A stretch of DNA of 64,000 nucleotides from Macrostomum lignano (lineage: Eukaryota), in NCBI GenBank assembly GCA_002269645.1, contig NIVC01000355.1, positions 122,956 through 186,955 of the forward strand, given 5' to 3'. Below, one piece after another: positions 12,901-24,480 of the stretch; the stretch's first letter is position 1, and each line of letters begins with the position of its first letter. Both the position numbers and the translations under genes were made by a program. The notes beneath the pieces were generated by a model. The model searched no databases. It had not been told where the DNA came from and was given only the letters and a program-made list of their open reading frames with translations.

Positions 12901-15900
12901 CATGACCAGAGATCATCCGCCCATGCACATACACTGATTAGAGCTGCATCCGTCCACGCACAAACGACTAGAGCTACATCCAACCACGCAAATATGCTCA
13001 TAGAAGATGACCAAAGACAATCCGCCTAAGCACACACATTGTCAGAGTCTTAGCCGCCCACGCACATAACTTGGCTAAATGACAAAGTCCGCCCCAAATC
13101 AAAATTCAATAGCAATCAAACCTAAACGGTCCATAGAAGGCGGACGCGAATTTGCAGGCGTAGCTCAGCACAGCCACTCTGTCTAACAGGCTTCTGTCCT
13201 GCAGCGCCTCTTTGATCTCCCGCACTCGGCCGTCCATCATGTCCGATGGAGCAACAACGTGCGCACCGGCTTTGGCGTAGTAAATCGCTGAATCGGCGAT
13301 TCGTCGAGCGCTAAACGCGCTGTCGATTCGACCGTCGGAGTCGAGCACGCCGCAGTGGCCGTGGCTAGTGTAGGCGCACAGGCAAACGTCGCAAGCGATT
13401 AACAAGTTGGGATGCGCCTGACGCAACAGCTCGATGGCTGGCGGGATCGGGTTGCCAGGCTGGCTAGCCAGAGAACCGATCGAGTCCTTGGCGATGGCGT
13501 GACGGTGTGGGATTTTCAAAGTAGCATGCTAATAGTACAGATATTAGTATTGAGTCATTGACACCAGGGCAGAGCAGCCCAGTGGTTAAACGTGTCTGAA
13601 TCGCGTGCGCCACTTGACGATTAGAATGGCAGGGCCGCTGTACACCCTGCGTGAGCGTGTGCATGAGTGCGTGCCTGCCTACAGTATTGGCGCGGGTTGT
13701 GTGCTCAGAAGTCAGCGGGAATGGACAGAACTCCCGTCAGCAGTGGTTGTGGGACGATGTCGCCAAAGGCGTTGTCTTGCCTTCCTCAAAAAATGTCTAG
13801 ACTCGCATGCCGACTTGAAGTGTTACAAAATAAAAACTCTTTAAAAGTTTCGGTAAGTGATAAATCATCGAGGGAAGAGCTTTGACTGCAAATACCTCCC
13901 TTTACTACTTGTCAGTAATATCACTCTAACTTATCGTTGTTTTAACACTACTTAAGACTAAAACTTTATTATCAGTGAATAGCTAAGACTTAAAACGAAC
14001 AGATATCGATGGAATAATCAATAAATTCTATAATAGCATTGCAAATAAATCTATATTAGCAATAAATTAGCTGTAGTTGACAACAAGATTTAAGCCACTA
14101 GCTTTCGTGACAATTGGGATACGACCGTATTGAACAATTCACTCGGATTAAGTAAAAAGTCCCATTTTCTATGTTTTAGTAGTAAAAATCTAATATTTTG
14201 AGCTTTTCCAAGATACCTAAAAGTGATAGTAAATTTTTCAAACCTGAAAAACAGTTCTTAAGTGTCTTTGAATAAGTTAGGAGACTTTTAGGCAGTGTCG
14301 CAAATCAGTCGACCCGAAGGCATCACGGAGACAAGCAGTTATTGCCCATTCCGCTGAGCCCTGAGCACTATTGATATCCCGATCCTGGTCCTAGTCCCGA
14401 TCCCGGTTCTGATCTCGATCCTGGTTACCATCCCGATCCCGATCCCAATCCTGGTCTCCCGATCCCGATCCCGATCCCAATCCTGGTCTCCCGATCCCGA
14501 TCCTGCTCTCCCGATCCTGCTCTCCCGATCCTGATCCTGATCCTGGTCCCGATCCTGCTCCTGATCCTGGTCCTGATCCCGATCTTCGTCTCCCAATCCT
14601 GATCCCGATCCTGATCCCGATCCTGCTCTCCCGATCCTGATCCTGATCCTGGTCCCGATCCTGCTCCTGATCCTGGTCCTGATCCCGATCTTCGTCTCCC
14701 AATCCTGATCCCGATCCTGATCCCGATCCTGATCCCGATCCCGATCCCGATCCCGATCTTGGTCCCGATCCCGATCTTGGTCCCGAACTTGGTCCCTATC
14801 CCGATCCTGGTCTCCCGATCCTGGTCCCGATCTGTATCCCGATCCCAATCCCAATCAGTGTTGCTACCCTCATTTTGAAAAAATAAAGCAGCAAAATAAA
14901 AAAACTAAGGATTGCCAATCCCGATCATGAGCCTCGTAAAAATCTTTCCAGATTGGTCCTCATCCCGATCCTGATCCTGATCCCCGAGATTGTATGATCC
15001 CGGCAAAAATTAATAATCCAGAAGATGCCACCCGATACCGGAAAATTTTAATCCTATCTGACCTGTACTCAGCACGCACACGAATACATAGACAGAGACA
15101 CCCCCTGACACGGGGTGTACAGCGGCCCTGACTTTCTAATCGTCAGGCATGTACATTGTAAACTCTCTCTGTGCCTTGGGCTTGGAAGATTTCTGTGCCG
15201 ATTTGCGGATTTGCGCAGAATTGAACCCCAGGGGACACTGAGGCTACACTGGCCCCGAATTTGTCGGTGTAGCTGTACCAACATCCATAGGCGTAGGAAC
15301 GGGGGGGCCAGTGGGGCCATGCCCACCCCCACTTTTTAAAATGGGGGCAGTAATGGTATCTGGCCCCTCCACATTTTAAATGTAAAATATAGAATTCTTG
15401 CTTATTTCTGGTTTTTGATGCTTTGCATGAATGCATTTTGCTGCAGGACGACAAAACATAGCGCCTACGGCGCCAAAATGAGTGCCTGCGGCGCTTAAAT
15501 GAGTGCCTGCGGCGCTAAAATGAGTGCCTGCGGCGCCAAAATGAATGCCTGCGGCGCTAAAATGAGTGCCTGCGGCGCTAAAATGAGTGCCTGCGGCGCC
15601 AAAATGAATGCCTGCGGCGCTAAAATGAGTGCCTGCGGCGCTAAAATGAATGCCTGCGGCGCTAAAATGAGTGCCTGCGGCGCTAAAATGAGTGCCTGCG
15701 GCGCTAAAATGAGCACCTGCGGCGCCAAAATGAGCGCCTGCGGCGCCAAAATGAGTGCCTGCGGCGCTTAAATGAGTGCCTGCGGCGCTAAAATGAGTGC
15801 CTGCGGCGCCAAAATGAGTGCCTGCGGCGCTAAAATGAGTGCCTGCGGCGCTAAAATGAGTGCCTGCGGCGCCAAAATGAGTGCCTACGGCGCCAAAATG

Positions 15901-16618
15901 AGTGCCTGCGGCGCCAAAATGAGTGCCTACGGCGCCAAAATGAGTGCCTGCGGTGCTTTATAAAATGAGTGCTGAGAAGATGGATTCTGAAAATAATCGG
16001 TACATGATAATGTGCATTTTCAATACAAAAAAATCTAACTCGACGGGGGCGTGCGCCCCCCGCCCCCTAAATCCGTCACTGAACCTGCCCCCCCCCCACT
16101 ATTTGAAACGTTCCTACGCCTATGCCAACATCTCTCCATCCTTCTTACTACCTAATAGTAGAATTGTAAATTTTTAAGTCACCTTTTTCTCCGAGCCACT
16201 CAGGACACCGAATAGCAGCACAGATTTGAGCCCCGCTGCAATTGCTGGCGCCAGGTACTCCAGCAGGTGTTGTGTGCCAATGCGACGTTGGCCTGGCAGG
16301 CTAGCAATCTCCTCATTGGCATCCGGGTTGTCACTGGATATGGGGTATGGGATCCTTTTTATTCACTATAAGGGCACAAAGCAGTACTTAGCTGAATAGA
16401 ATAGTTAACTCAATCTGGGGACACTTTATGCCTCTCAATTCTAGCCTATGGTCTTTGGAAGTTATAGTAATTTTAAACCTAAAATGTAGGCACTAGATTT
16501 ACCTGATAAACACAGGATAGACAAAGGTGTAAGTAGAGAAGGCATTGATGTTTGCTGCCCAATGTCTCAGTACAGGATGGCCATATGAAGAATGTAGCTG
16601 ATGAGAAAAGTTGCTCAT
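9926..16618 (-). CDS. ALAD: Delta-aminolevulinic acid dehydratase (porphobilinogen synthase), ~335 aa, 7 coding exons
   Basis: join complement(16503..16618,16183..16333,13122..13486[or 13528],12016..12103,11843..11929,11630..11759,9926..9996), with consistent phases. Motifs: [37 protein letters not shown] (Zn ligands), [65 protein letters not shown]. Confidence 0.95.
10015..11600. repeat. 23-bp minisatellite (ACACGGATAAACACACCCAYCTG), ~1.6 kb, filling the last ALAD intron
   Basis: Visible tandem array; explains the [13 protein letters not shown] ORFs. Confidence 0.97.
12165..12960. repeat. ~32-bp minisatellite (CATGACCAAAGATCATCCGCCCACGCACACAC) in ALAD intron 3
   Basis: Visible tandem array with variant units. 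Confidence 0.95.
13570..13800 (+). mobile_element. Diverged partial SINE related to family A
   Basis: Shares AGGGCCGCTGTACAC...GCGTGTGC...GGAATGG...GGTTGTG..AC.ATGTCGC with the 2075 copy. Confidence 0.55.
14365..14860. repeat. GATCCC/GATCCT-based degenerate micro/minisatellite
   Basis: Visible low-complexity tandem array, with a short outlier at ~14960-14985. Confidence 0.9.
15065..15150 (-). mobile_element. Internal fragment of SINE family A, reverse orientation
   Basis: GGGTGTACAGCGGCCCT is the reverse complement of the family A body motif AGGGCCGCTGTACAC. Confidence 0.5.
15286..16124. mobile_element. Non-autonomous hAT element (839 bp) in ALAD intron 2
   Basis: Perfect 15-bp TIRs CATAGGCGTAGGAAC (15286-15300 / 16110-16124) and a perfect 8-bp TSD CCAACATC on both sides. 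Confidence 0.92.
15465..15970. repeat. 21-bp minisatellite (AAAATGAGTGCCTGCGGCGCY) inside the hAT MITE
   Basis: About 24 tandem units; explains the MSACGAK ORFs. Confidence 0.97.
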
Positions 16619-17589
16619 TGTTCAAAAAATGGTTGGTCAGAAATATGTAAATATAAATTTTAAAATAAAATAGATATAAACTATAGACTTAATAGACATA
16701 AATTAATATACTAATGTATAATATCAACTTTATACTATTGTCATTCTATGTAGTTTATATTAGAAATCTCTAGTGTACTGTAAGTCTATCTTGAATCAGC
16801 ATGTCATATGTCTTGGCATAAAAACCAGAGTCTAGCATAAATAGTATCCCTGAGTCATTTATATTTCCCAGAATTTTTGTATGTAACATGGATAACAAAT
16901 GACTTTAAATAACTAAATTTACCTAAAATAATGAGATATCATAGTATATAAGTCATAAAAGTCATTAAACTAACCTAAGAGTCAATTTGTGGTATTTCAA
17001 TATACTAAATCTCTTAGGTTTGTTTGTTTGTTTGTTTGTTTGACTGGTATTCCAGTCTACAGCCTGAATGCCTAAACCAATTTTTTTTAAACTTGCTTTA
17101 TTCAATTGCAAATTCTTGTGAGATTGTGTGGGTATAATTGCATTGTAAAATTTGAATGGGAGATGGTTAAATACTTGAAAAACTGTATTTTCCCTATCAA
17201 ATTATTGTATTTTTCTCGCAGTGAGATCTCGATATGTCTATGGCCATAGACTACTTTTCAACTTCTTGAGCTAATGCTACAAGCTATAAATAATTAAATA
17301 CACATATTAAAAACATGATTTTTGGCATAAGGGAGAGATATCAGCCAGTGCACTTTAAAAGTATTGAAGTATTGTGCAACTGTGTATAGGCCTCACTGCT
17401 ATATATCACTCACTGTGTATATCACTGCTATGTATTTGACTGCAGTGCTAAAGCATATATGGCTGATGCTAAAAATGGTCTGTCGGTGTGTGCTTCGGGT
17501 CTCGGGTACTTGCTACAATGTTGGATGCTTGCTGACTGGCGCCACTATATAGTATATGCAAGGGATAGAAAAATGCTCAGCGGCTGCGT

Positions 17590-17905
17590 GCTGTTTGGGG
17601 AATGCTTGCTATCTAGAGGATGCTTGCTTTCTGGGGGATGCTTGCTGTTTGGGGATGCTTGCTGTCTGGGGATGCTTGCTGTCTGGGAGATGCTTGCTGT
17701 CTGGAGGATGCTTGCTGTCTGGGGGATGCTTGCTGTCTAGGGATGCTTGCTGTCTGGGGATGCTTGCTGTCTAGGGGACGCTTGCTGTCTGAGGAATGCT
17801 TGCTGTCTGGGGGATGCTTGCTGTCTGAGGAATGCTTGTTGTCTGAGGGATGCTTGCTATCTGAGGAATGCTTGCTGTCTGGGGGATGCTTGCTTTCTAG
17901 GGGAT
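17590..17905. repeat. 19-20-bp minisatellite (GGATGCTTGCTGTCTGGGG)
   Basis: Visible tandem array. Confidence 0.93.
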
Positions 17906-19176
17906 TCTTTGAGTTAGGCTAATAAAGAGGGGTCTAAGACTGTGAGCTCCTGCTATAAACCAGAATATGCCCCAGCCAGTGATAATATACACTAAGAGTT
18001 TGTGCTTGAAAGGATAAACACTATTTGCTGATTGAGAAAATGTTTTGGGTTGATGAAGGAAACTTTTTTGGCTGATGAAAGTTTTGATTCATGGCAATTT
18101 GGTGTCATTTTTAAGACCCTAAATGGCTAGTTATTGTCTATAACTTTAAAACAACTATGGGGCAATGCAAGTGAATCTAGGCAAATTTTAGAATGACTCT
18201 AGGGAAGCATAGAGTATATCTAAAATATCCAAAAGGCATGTTCATCCAAAATGCCAAAATCCAAATATAAAAACATTGATTCAAGATATTCAAAACTGAA
18301 TAGACTTCAACTAATATATATAGTATTAGTATAAATTTATATGTACAAGTACATGTAGGACCTAAATCACTAAAATATATGGGATTATAATATATGAGGC
18401 CAACTCCTTCATTGGAAGAGAAAGATAAAGAACTCCTATCACCAGAAATTCCATTGCTTGAACTCTATCAGCTAAATTGCATGACCCAAATCCCATTATC
18501 CCACTTTTCTCTAAATCTATCAAAATCCTTCCCACAAAATAGAAACCCTCTCTGTGAAACTAAAAACCATCGAAATCCTCTTTGTGAAACTGGACTCAAT
18601 CAAAATTTTCTCCATCAAATAAAGTGCAACTCCCAGGATTCAGTGGCTAGGGTTAGGGTTAGAGCTATGTGTTAAAAGGCTGCCAATAAGAAAAAATTTA
18701 ACTAATTGAATCAACTGATTGCGCAATTGATTTCTCTGTCAGTCAGTACTAGTCTTAGTTAAAGTTAACAAAATGATTTCGCAATCTAAATCAACCCTCC
18801 AATATACCTAAATTATCTAAAAAATTATCTAAAGCAAATTATTCAATTTTCAAAGTCTAATCAATGCTTACTTAAACAAATTCTAGAACTTACGCAACAA
18901 ATAATGACAATATCAATAATTGACTTTGCAACATTCAAAAGATGCCAAGGAAGTTGTAAATGTAAGTTTAATCTACTAACATAAAAAAATAAACATAGAC
19001 TAATAGGCATGCTATGAAATTGCATAAAGCTGACTTAGCTGAGTAAATTCAAATAAATTCTGGCCTAATTCAATTATAACCAAATCGATAATTTTAAACA
19101 GACTCTATGTTATAGGCAGAATTTACAAGAATAGCCCTAAATTTTACTAGCTTGAAATGAGAGTTTAAATGCTTAT

Positions 19177-19335
19177 TTATATTTGTAAATCTTGAAATTG
19201 ATTTTCAAGATGCTGGCCAACGCTGGCGCCCCCGACCAAGCCAATGGCCCGGCTTTCCTTCGCTCCCGCACTCTGAGGCGCACCCACGCTCTGTGACGCC
19301 CACCGCTGACTCTGGGGCATAACTTGTTGTTGTTG
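19177..19335 (-). CDS. Possible terminal coding exon of an unidentified gene (QQQQVMPQ...LENQFQDLQI*)
   Basis: A pyrimidine-rich acceptor (TTTTTTCAATGTCAATTTCAG) is followed by a GC-rich 52-codon phase-0 frame ending in TAA. No upstream exon identified. Confidence 0.3.
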   Translation of the reverse strand, partial: QQQQVMPQSQRWASQSVGAPQSAGAKESRAIGLVGGASVGQHLENQFQDLQI

Positions 19336-20874
19336 CTGAAATTGACATTGAAAAAACAAAGACAGGTGCTAGGCCCTAGGGGCCAATACACGATACAGAG
19401 TAAATCTGTGAAAATGGCAGTTGCTTCAATTAGGCCTAGTCAATTTATGGAGGTGGCGATTCTGACAGACCAGACACAGACACATGCAGATTGCAGCTGC
19501 CAGCTTGTCGTTTGTGTTGTGAAGGCTAACTAATTGTGTAAAATGATTAACATTTTTTTGTTCTAGCCAGTATTAAATGTACTATATTTTTCTATTCCGG
19601 TAGTTATTGCGTTAGCCGTTAAGTGAGAATTCCAAGCAACCAAACCACGAGACAAGACCCATCAGTAGTACAGCATTCGAATCGAATCCGCAGATTTTCT
19701 ACAATCTACAATATCTACATCGATCACTGTGGACTTCTAAGAAATTGGCAAATCAAATTGTGGAAAGTATGCACGCTTGATAAAATAACGCTATACCACT
19801 ATTTATAATAATTTTGATAATGCCGTAAAATCATTTAATGATACTTGTTTTTCTCATAGTTGTAATGCGTTGGAAGTAGTATATAAATTCACACATGTCA
19901 GTTAAATTTAGAAATGTACAACTTGGCAGTAGCCCTTGCTTCAGAGATGACAGAGTGTACCTATAGTCGCTAAGTAATACACTTATGTATACGTCCTTAA
20001 GATATCGAGACAAAAAATGGTAAGAAAGTTAGAGAATCATCATTATATTATAGTTCGGAGCTCTACCACCCCTCCTGGCTACGCCACAGATAAATTTTGA
20101 GCATCCCCCCATATAAAGTTATATATTTATTGCATGTGCATGGCCAGAAGGCTGGGTTATATGGAAATGTCTAAGGTAATAATTTTTATAGCAGTGCGCC
20201 AGTACATTTAATGTGAGTCATCTTCAGCAGGTCAAATGAATTCTTCACAGGTCAAGTTGCTCCGGAGTAAAAAAACTGCATTGCATGCTTTCGTTCTCAA
20301 GAGAATCTAATTCCTTTACACTTAAGCATTCTAGGCTGCTTATTATAAGACCAACAAAATAAAAAATGCTCGCTATCTAATTCCATGTACATTTGCGAAG
20401 TATGATTTCTTCGAAATACATGCTGACAGACAGGCAAGAAGACAGACACATGGACGAGTCATGTCCAAATCATTGCATACAGCGTGCCCGCGCGCAGTTA
20501 CATGTACGCTGTACGGTCGCGCATTGTGCACTGCACGGCCAATATGGTGTATATATTGTATGCTCTAGCCGTTTCTCTGGCTAATGGACAAAGGCGTACT
20601 CTCTCTCTTGCATTTCAGACAGCGCTGAAAAGTTGCATGAAGTGTCAAAGCCTGATAAGAGTCTCGCAACCTTATAACTTTCCACGCAGTGCACACGCAG
20701 ATCTCTATATAGCTAAACACCATGGTTCTATATTGTCTGCATATACTATAGCTGCCATAATTAGTCGATCAGTTCTCTACAAATTGGAATTAGTGAACAA
20801 AACAACTTTTAATTTACCTTTTTTGGTGAGTTATATAAATAATAACTACATGTATTTGCATATAGCTTTACAAC

Positions 20875-21810
20875 CGTTGTGATTCAGATGCTGACATTGC
20901 TGTGATTCAGATGCTGACATTGCTGTGATGCAGATGCTGACATTGCTGTGATTCAGATGCTGACATTGCTGTGATTCAGATGCTGACATTGCTGTGATTC
21001 AGATGCTGACATTGCTGTGATTCAGATGCTGACATTGCTGTGATTCAGATGCTGACATTGCTGTGATGCAGATGCTGACATTGCTGTGATTCAGATGCTG
21101 ACATTGCTGTGATTCAGATGCTGACATATTGCTGTGATGCAGATGCTGACATTGCTGTGATTCAGATGCTGACATTGCTGTGATTCAGATGCTGACATTG
21201 CTGTGATGCAGATGCTGACATTGCTGTGATTCAGATGCTGACATTGCTGTGATTCAGATGCTGACATTGCTGTGATGCAGATGCTGACATTGCTGTGATT
21301 CAGATGCTGACATTGCTGTGATTCAGATGCTGACATTGCTGTGATTCAGATGCTGACATTGCTGTGATTCAGATGCTGACATTGCTGTGATGCAGATGCT
21401 GACATTGATGTGATTCAGATGCTGACATTGCTGTGATTCAGATGCTGACATTGCTGTGATTCAGATGCTGACATTGCTGTGATTCAGATGCTGACATTGC
21501 TGTGATTCAGATGCTGACATTGCTGTGATTCAGATGCTGACATATTGCTGTGATGCAGATGCTGACATTGCTGTGATTCAGATGCTGACATTGCTGTGAT
21601 TCAGATGCTGACATTGCTGTGATTCAGATGCTGACATTGCTGTGATTCAGATGCTGACATTGCTGTGATGCAGATGCTGACATTGCTGTGATTCAGATGC
21701 TGACATTGCTGTGATTCAGATGCTGACATTGCTGTGATGCAGATGCTGACATTGCTGTGATTCAGATGCTGACATTGCTGTGATTCAGATGCTGACATTG
21801 CTGTGAGCAT
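20875..21810. repeat. 23-bp minisatellite (GATTCAGATGCTGACATTGCTGT), ~40 copies
   Basis: Highly homogeneous tandem array. Confidence 0.97.
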
Positions 21811-22059
21811 CTGCATCATATATACAGTATTTGTGCGCTTGTACATGTACATGTCAGGAGCGTTCAGGAGCCAATGGAACGAGCAGAACTGCCGCAGCGC
21901 TGGTTGATTGTGGGACGATTTTGCTAGGGCCCACAGCCCTTCTGCAACTATTGATATTTTTATATTTTTATAACTGTAACTTGGTCCAATGCAACATATT
22001 TGCGAAATAAGAACTAACATTTCCCTACTGTGCCAGTTTCCGGCGTTACACCAGCCAGA

Positions 22060-23653
22060 ATGTCTTCAAAGGACGAAGCCTGCTGTCGACAGGGCACCCC
22101 TGTGGATCACCCGCCAGTCGGAGCCACCGTTGGCACCGTCCAGAAGCTGCAGTCGTCCAGTGCTGACTCGCAGTTGCCAATTTACAAAACCGGTTCCGGC
22201 CGTCGGGTTGGCATCGTCGCGGCCTACGACATCTTTGGCTTCGAGGTTGAACAGACGCGACTGTTCTGCGACGAGCTGGCCGCGGCCGTCGACGGCACTG
22301 TGGTGATGCCGGACTACTTTCGCGGTCGAGCTTGGAAGCAGTTCCCTATTGAGGATCAGGTAGTGATAGTGTGGATTCGGGCAGCTATATATACCGTTGG
22401 ATAATTCAATATCAGCAAATGCCTGGTCGTCAGAGGCCCTTGATTATCTTTGTGCAGAGCAGAGTTCACGCGTAGCATGCGTGAGGATGAGGATGGCGGC
22501 ACACCCGGTGTCAGGGGGTGTGCCCGCTTGATATAAGTACTCGTACGTATACCTTTACGGGGGGTGACCCCGTAGCCCAGTGCCTGGCGCGGCGCTCTCT
22601 GAAGTGCAGTCACATTTTGGGGCTAAATTGGAATCTCGGCTTGGCTCCGCTCGTGCAATTAACGTTCTTGAGGGTCAACCCTTCATGGCACCGTGAATTA
22701 AGTGTGCTGACTGACGATAAATAAATTTAGGGCCTGTATGTACACCCCCGTGTGTGTCACGTATCCGCGCGCTTGTATACCTGCTCACGGCCGAGTGGGC
22801 GGAATGGGCATGTAATGCACATGCCTCTTGCCGGTTGTATGACAATGTCGCTTAAAGTGCACCATGGTTGGTGCATACATGCACACCTGCCTCTATCTAC
22901 ATTTAGGCTACTAACTGTTTGTCGTCCCGCTGTCTAAGTGCAGGTCGACTGACGCCCTAAGCTGCGGTGTACTGTCCAGAGACCCGACCAAGCAAAGCCG
23001 CATTAGCCTTTCACTCACTTACTGAAATCTCATTTCGTTAATCGCCAAAACTACATGTTAGCTCGTAGTTCCCTTTTTTCAACAACATAAATTATCAGTC
23101 AAACGAGTTAAAAATCTAATCCGATGATTGAAGTGAGTACATGCTCTTTACCACAAAATAACTGCACTATTTTCATCAGGCTGAATTCTTCAAATGGATC
23201 GGCGAAGTAGCCGACGCTGGCAAAGCGATACGCGACACGTTCGACACGGTAATTCCGTACATGCGCCAGCAGCTCGGCGATGACTGCCCGGTGGCCATCA
23301 TTGGCTTCTGCTGGGGCGGCTGGGTGGTGGCCCTCACCTTGGCCGACTCCTCCAACCCGTTCGCATGCGGCGTCGGCCTGCACCCATCTCGCCAGTCGGC
23401 CGAAGACATCGCCAAGATTCGGGCACCGATTGCGCTATTCCCAGCCGAGAACGATCCGGAGATGGCCGAATTTTTGGACGGCATTCCTGACAAGGAGCTG
23501 GCGGCCAGGTGTCTGCACAAAAGATTCATTGGGGTACAGCACGGGTTCTGCACCAAGCGATCCGATCGGGAGAAGCCGGACACTCTGGCTAAGGTCCAGG
23601 AGGCCAATCGGGACACGGCTGAGTTCATTCTGGAGAGAACACGCCGTAATTAA
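22060..23653 (+). CDS. CMBL: Dienelactone hydrolase family / carboxymethylenebutenolidase-like protein, 257 aa, 2 exons
   Basis: join(22060..22359,23180..23653), GT-AG, phase 0. Motifs: YDIFGF, VVMPDYFRG, nucleophile GFCWGG, AENDP (Asp), GVQHGF (His). Confidence 0.88.
22560..22900 (+). mobile_element. tRNA-derived SINE family A copy in the CMBL intron
   Basis: Colinear with the 2075 copy (CCGTAGCCCAGTG.CCTGGCGCGGCGCTCT...AAATTGGAATCTCGGCTTGGCTC.GCTCGTGCAATTAACG...ACAATGTCGCTTAAAGTGC), with an internal deletion removing the B-box. Confidence 0.8.
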
Positions 23654-24156
23654 TGCCGTATCTGAGACTGACAGCTCAAACAATTTTTAATTGAACTAAC
23701 TTAATTGCACTTGATCATTTCCGATTTTAACGACGTGCTCAAACAGCAGAGCTATGAGCCAATTGTGCCCCTATTTAAGCCAATAAATTTAGCCGATGAT
23801 GCTACAAGTTTTTATCTTAAGGCATATAATTTTGCAAGAAATTATATTAGAAGGGACATACACGTAGGAGCAATTAACCTAGCTGTCCACATACATCTAA
23901 AATAAAAAATCAAGTCTGACGTAGAATAAATGCATGCATGACACGTATACTTTTACTTAGATTTATGTGTATGGGGCTTTAAAAATCAAATTATGAAGCA
24001 TATACTGTACATATAACATACATGTATCACTATAGATATTTCGAGTGATAACAACTTAATTTTATTCTCGATGTCGCTTGAAATCCAGGTTAGCTATACT
24101 TAATTAAAAGCTAAGTATGGGGGTTGTATCCTACTACATGTACATGTATCTACATG

Positions 24157-24480
24157 ACAGTGCATGGGTTAGAGCGTCGAACTGAAGGTCCGCCGGGGAT
24201 CGATTCCCGATCCCACTGGAACACCGTTTTTGTCCTTGAGCAAGACACTTAACTCTGCATTAGTTCAGTTCACCTAGCTGTAAAATGGGCAAACCAGCAT
24301 TTAGCTGGGGTATAAGGCTGTGTGCAGCAGCTTAGTGCATGGCGACGGAACCTGCAATCCTGCATGGCGAGAGAACAGCCGTTGCCTTCAGATGCACCGC
24401 GCAATAGCTGCGGCTGAGCTGTCGGTTGCACGTCTGGTCCAATTTGGGCCAGGTGTAATCACTTATTAGTATTAAATATT
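24157..24480 (+). mobile_element. tRNA-derived SINE family B with CORE-like central domain
   Basis: A tRNA-like head (GGGTTAGAGCG...GGATCGATTCCC) is followed by TGTCCTTGAGCAAGACACTTAACTC...CTGTAAAATGGG, which resembles the MIR/CORE-SINE core. Confidence 0.65.

Noticed and set aside
18647-18662. GGGTTAGGGTTAG telomere-like motif
   Set aside because: Only two units; common in small transposon fragments.
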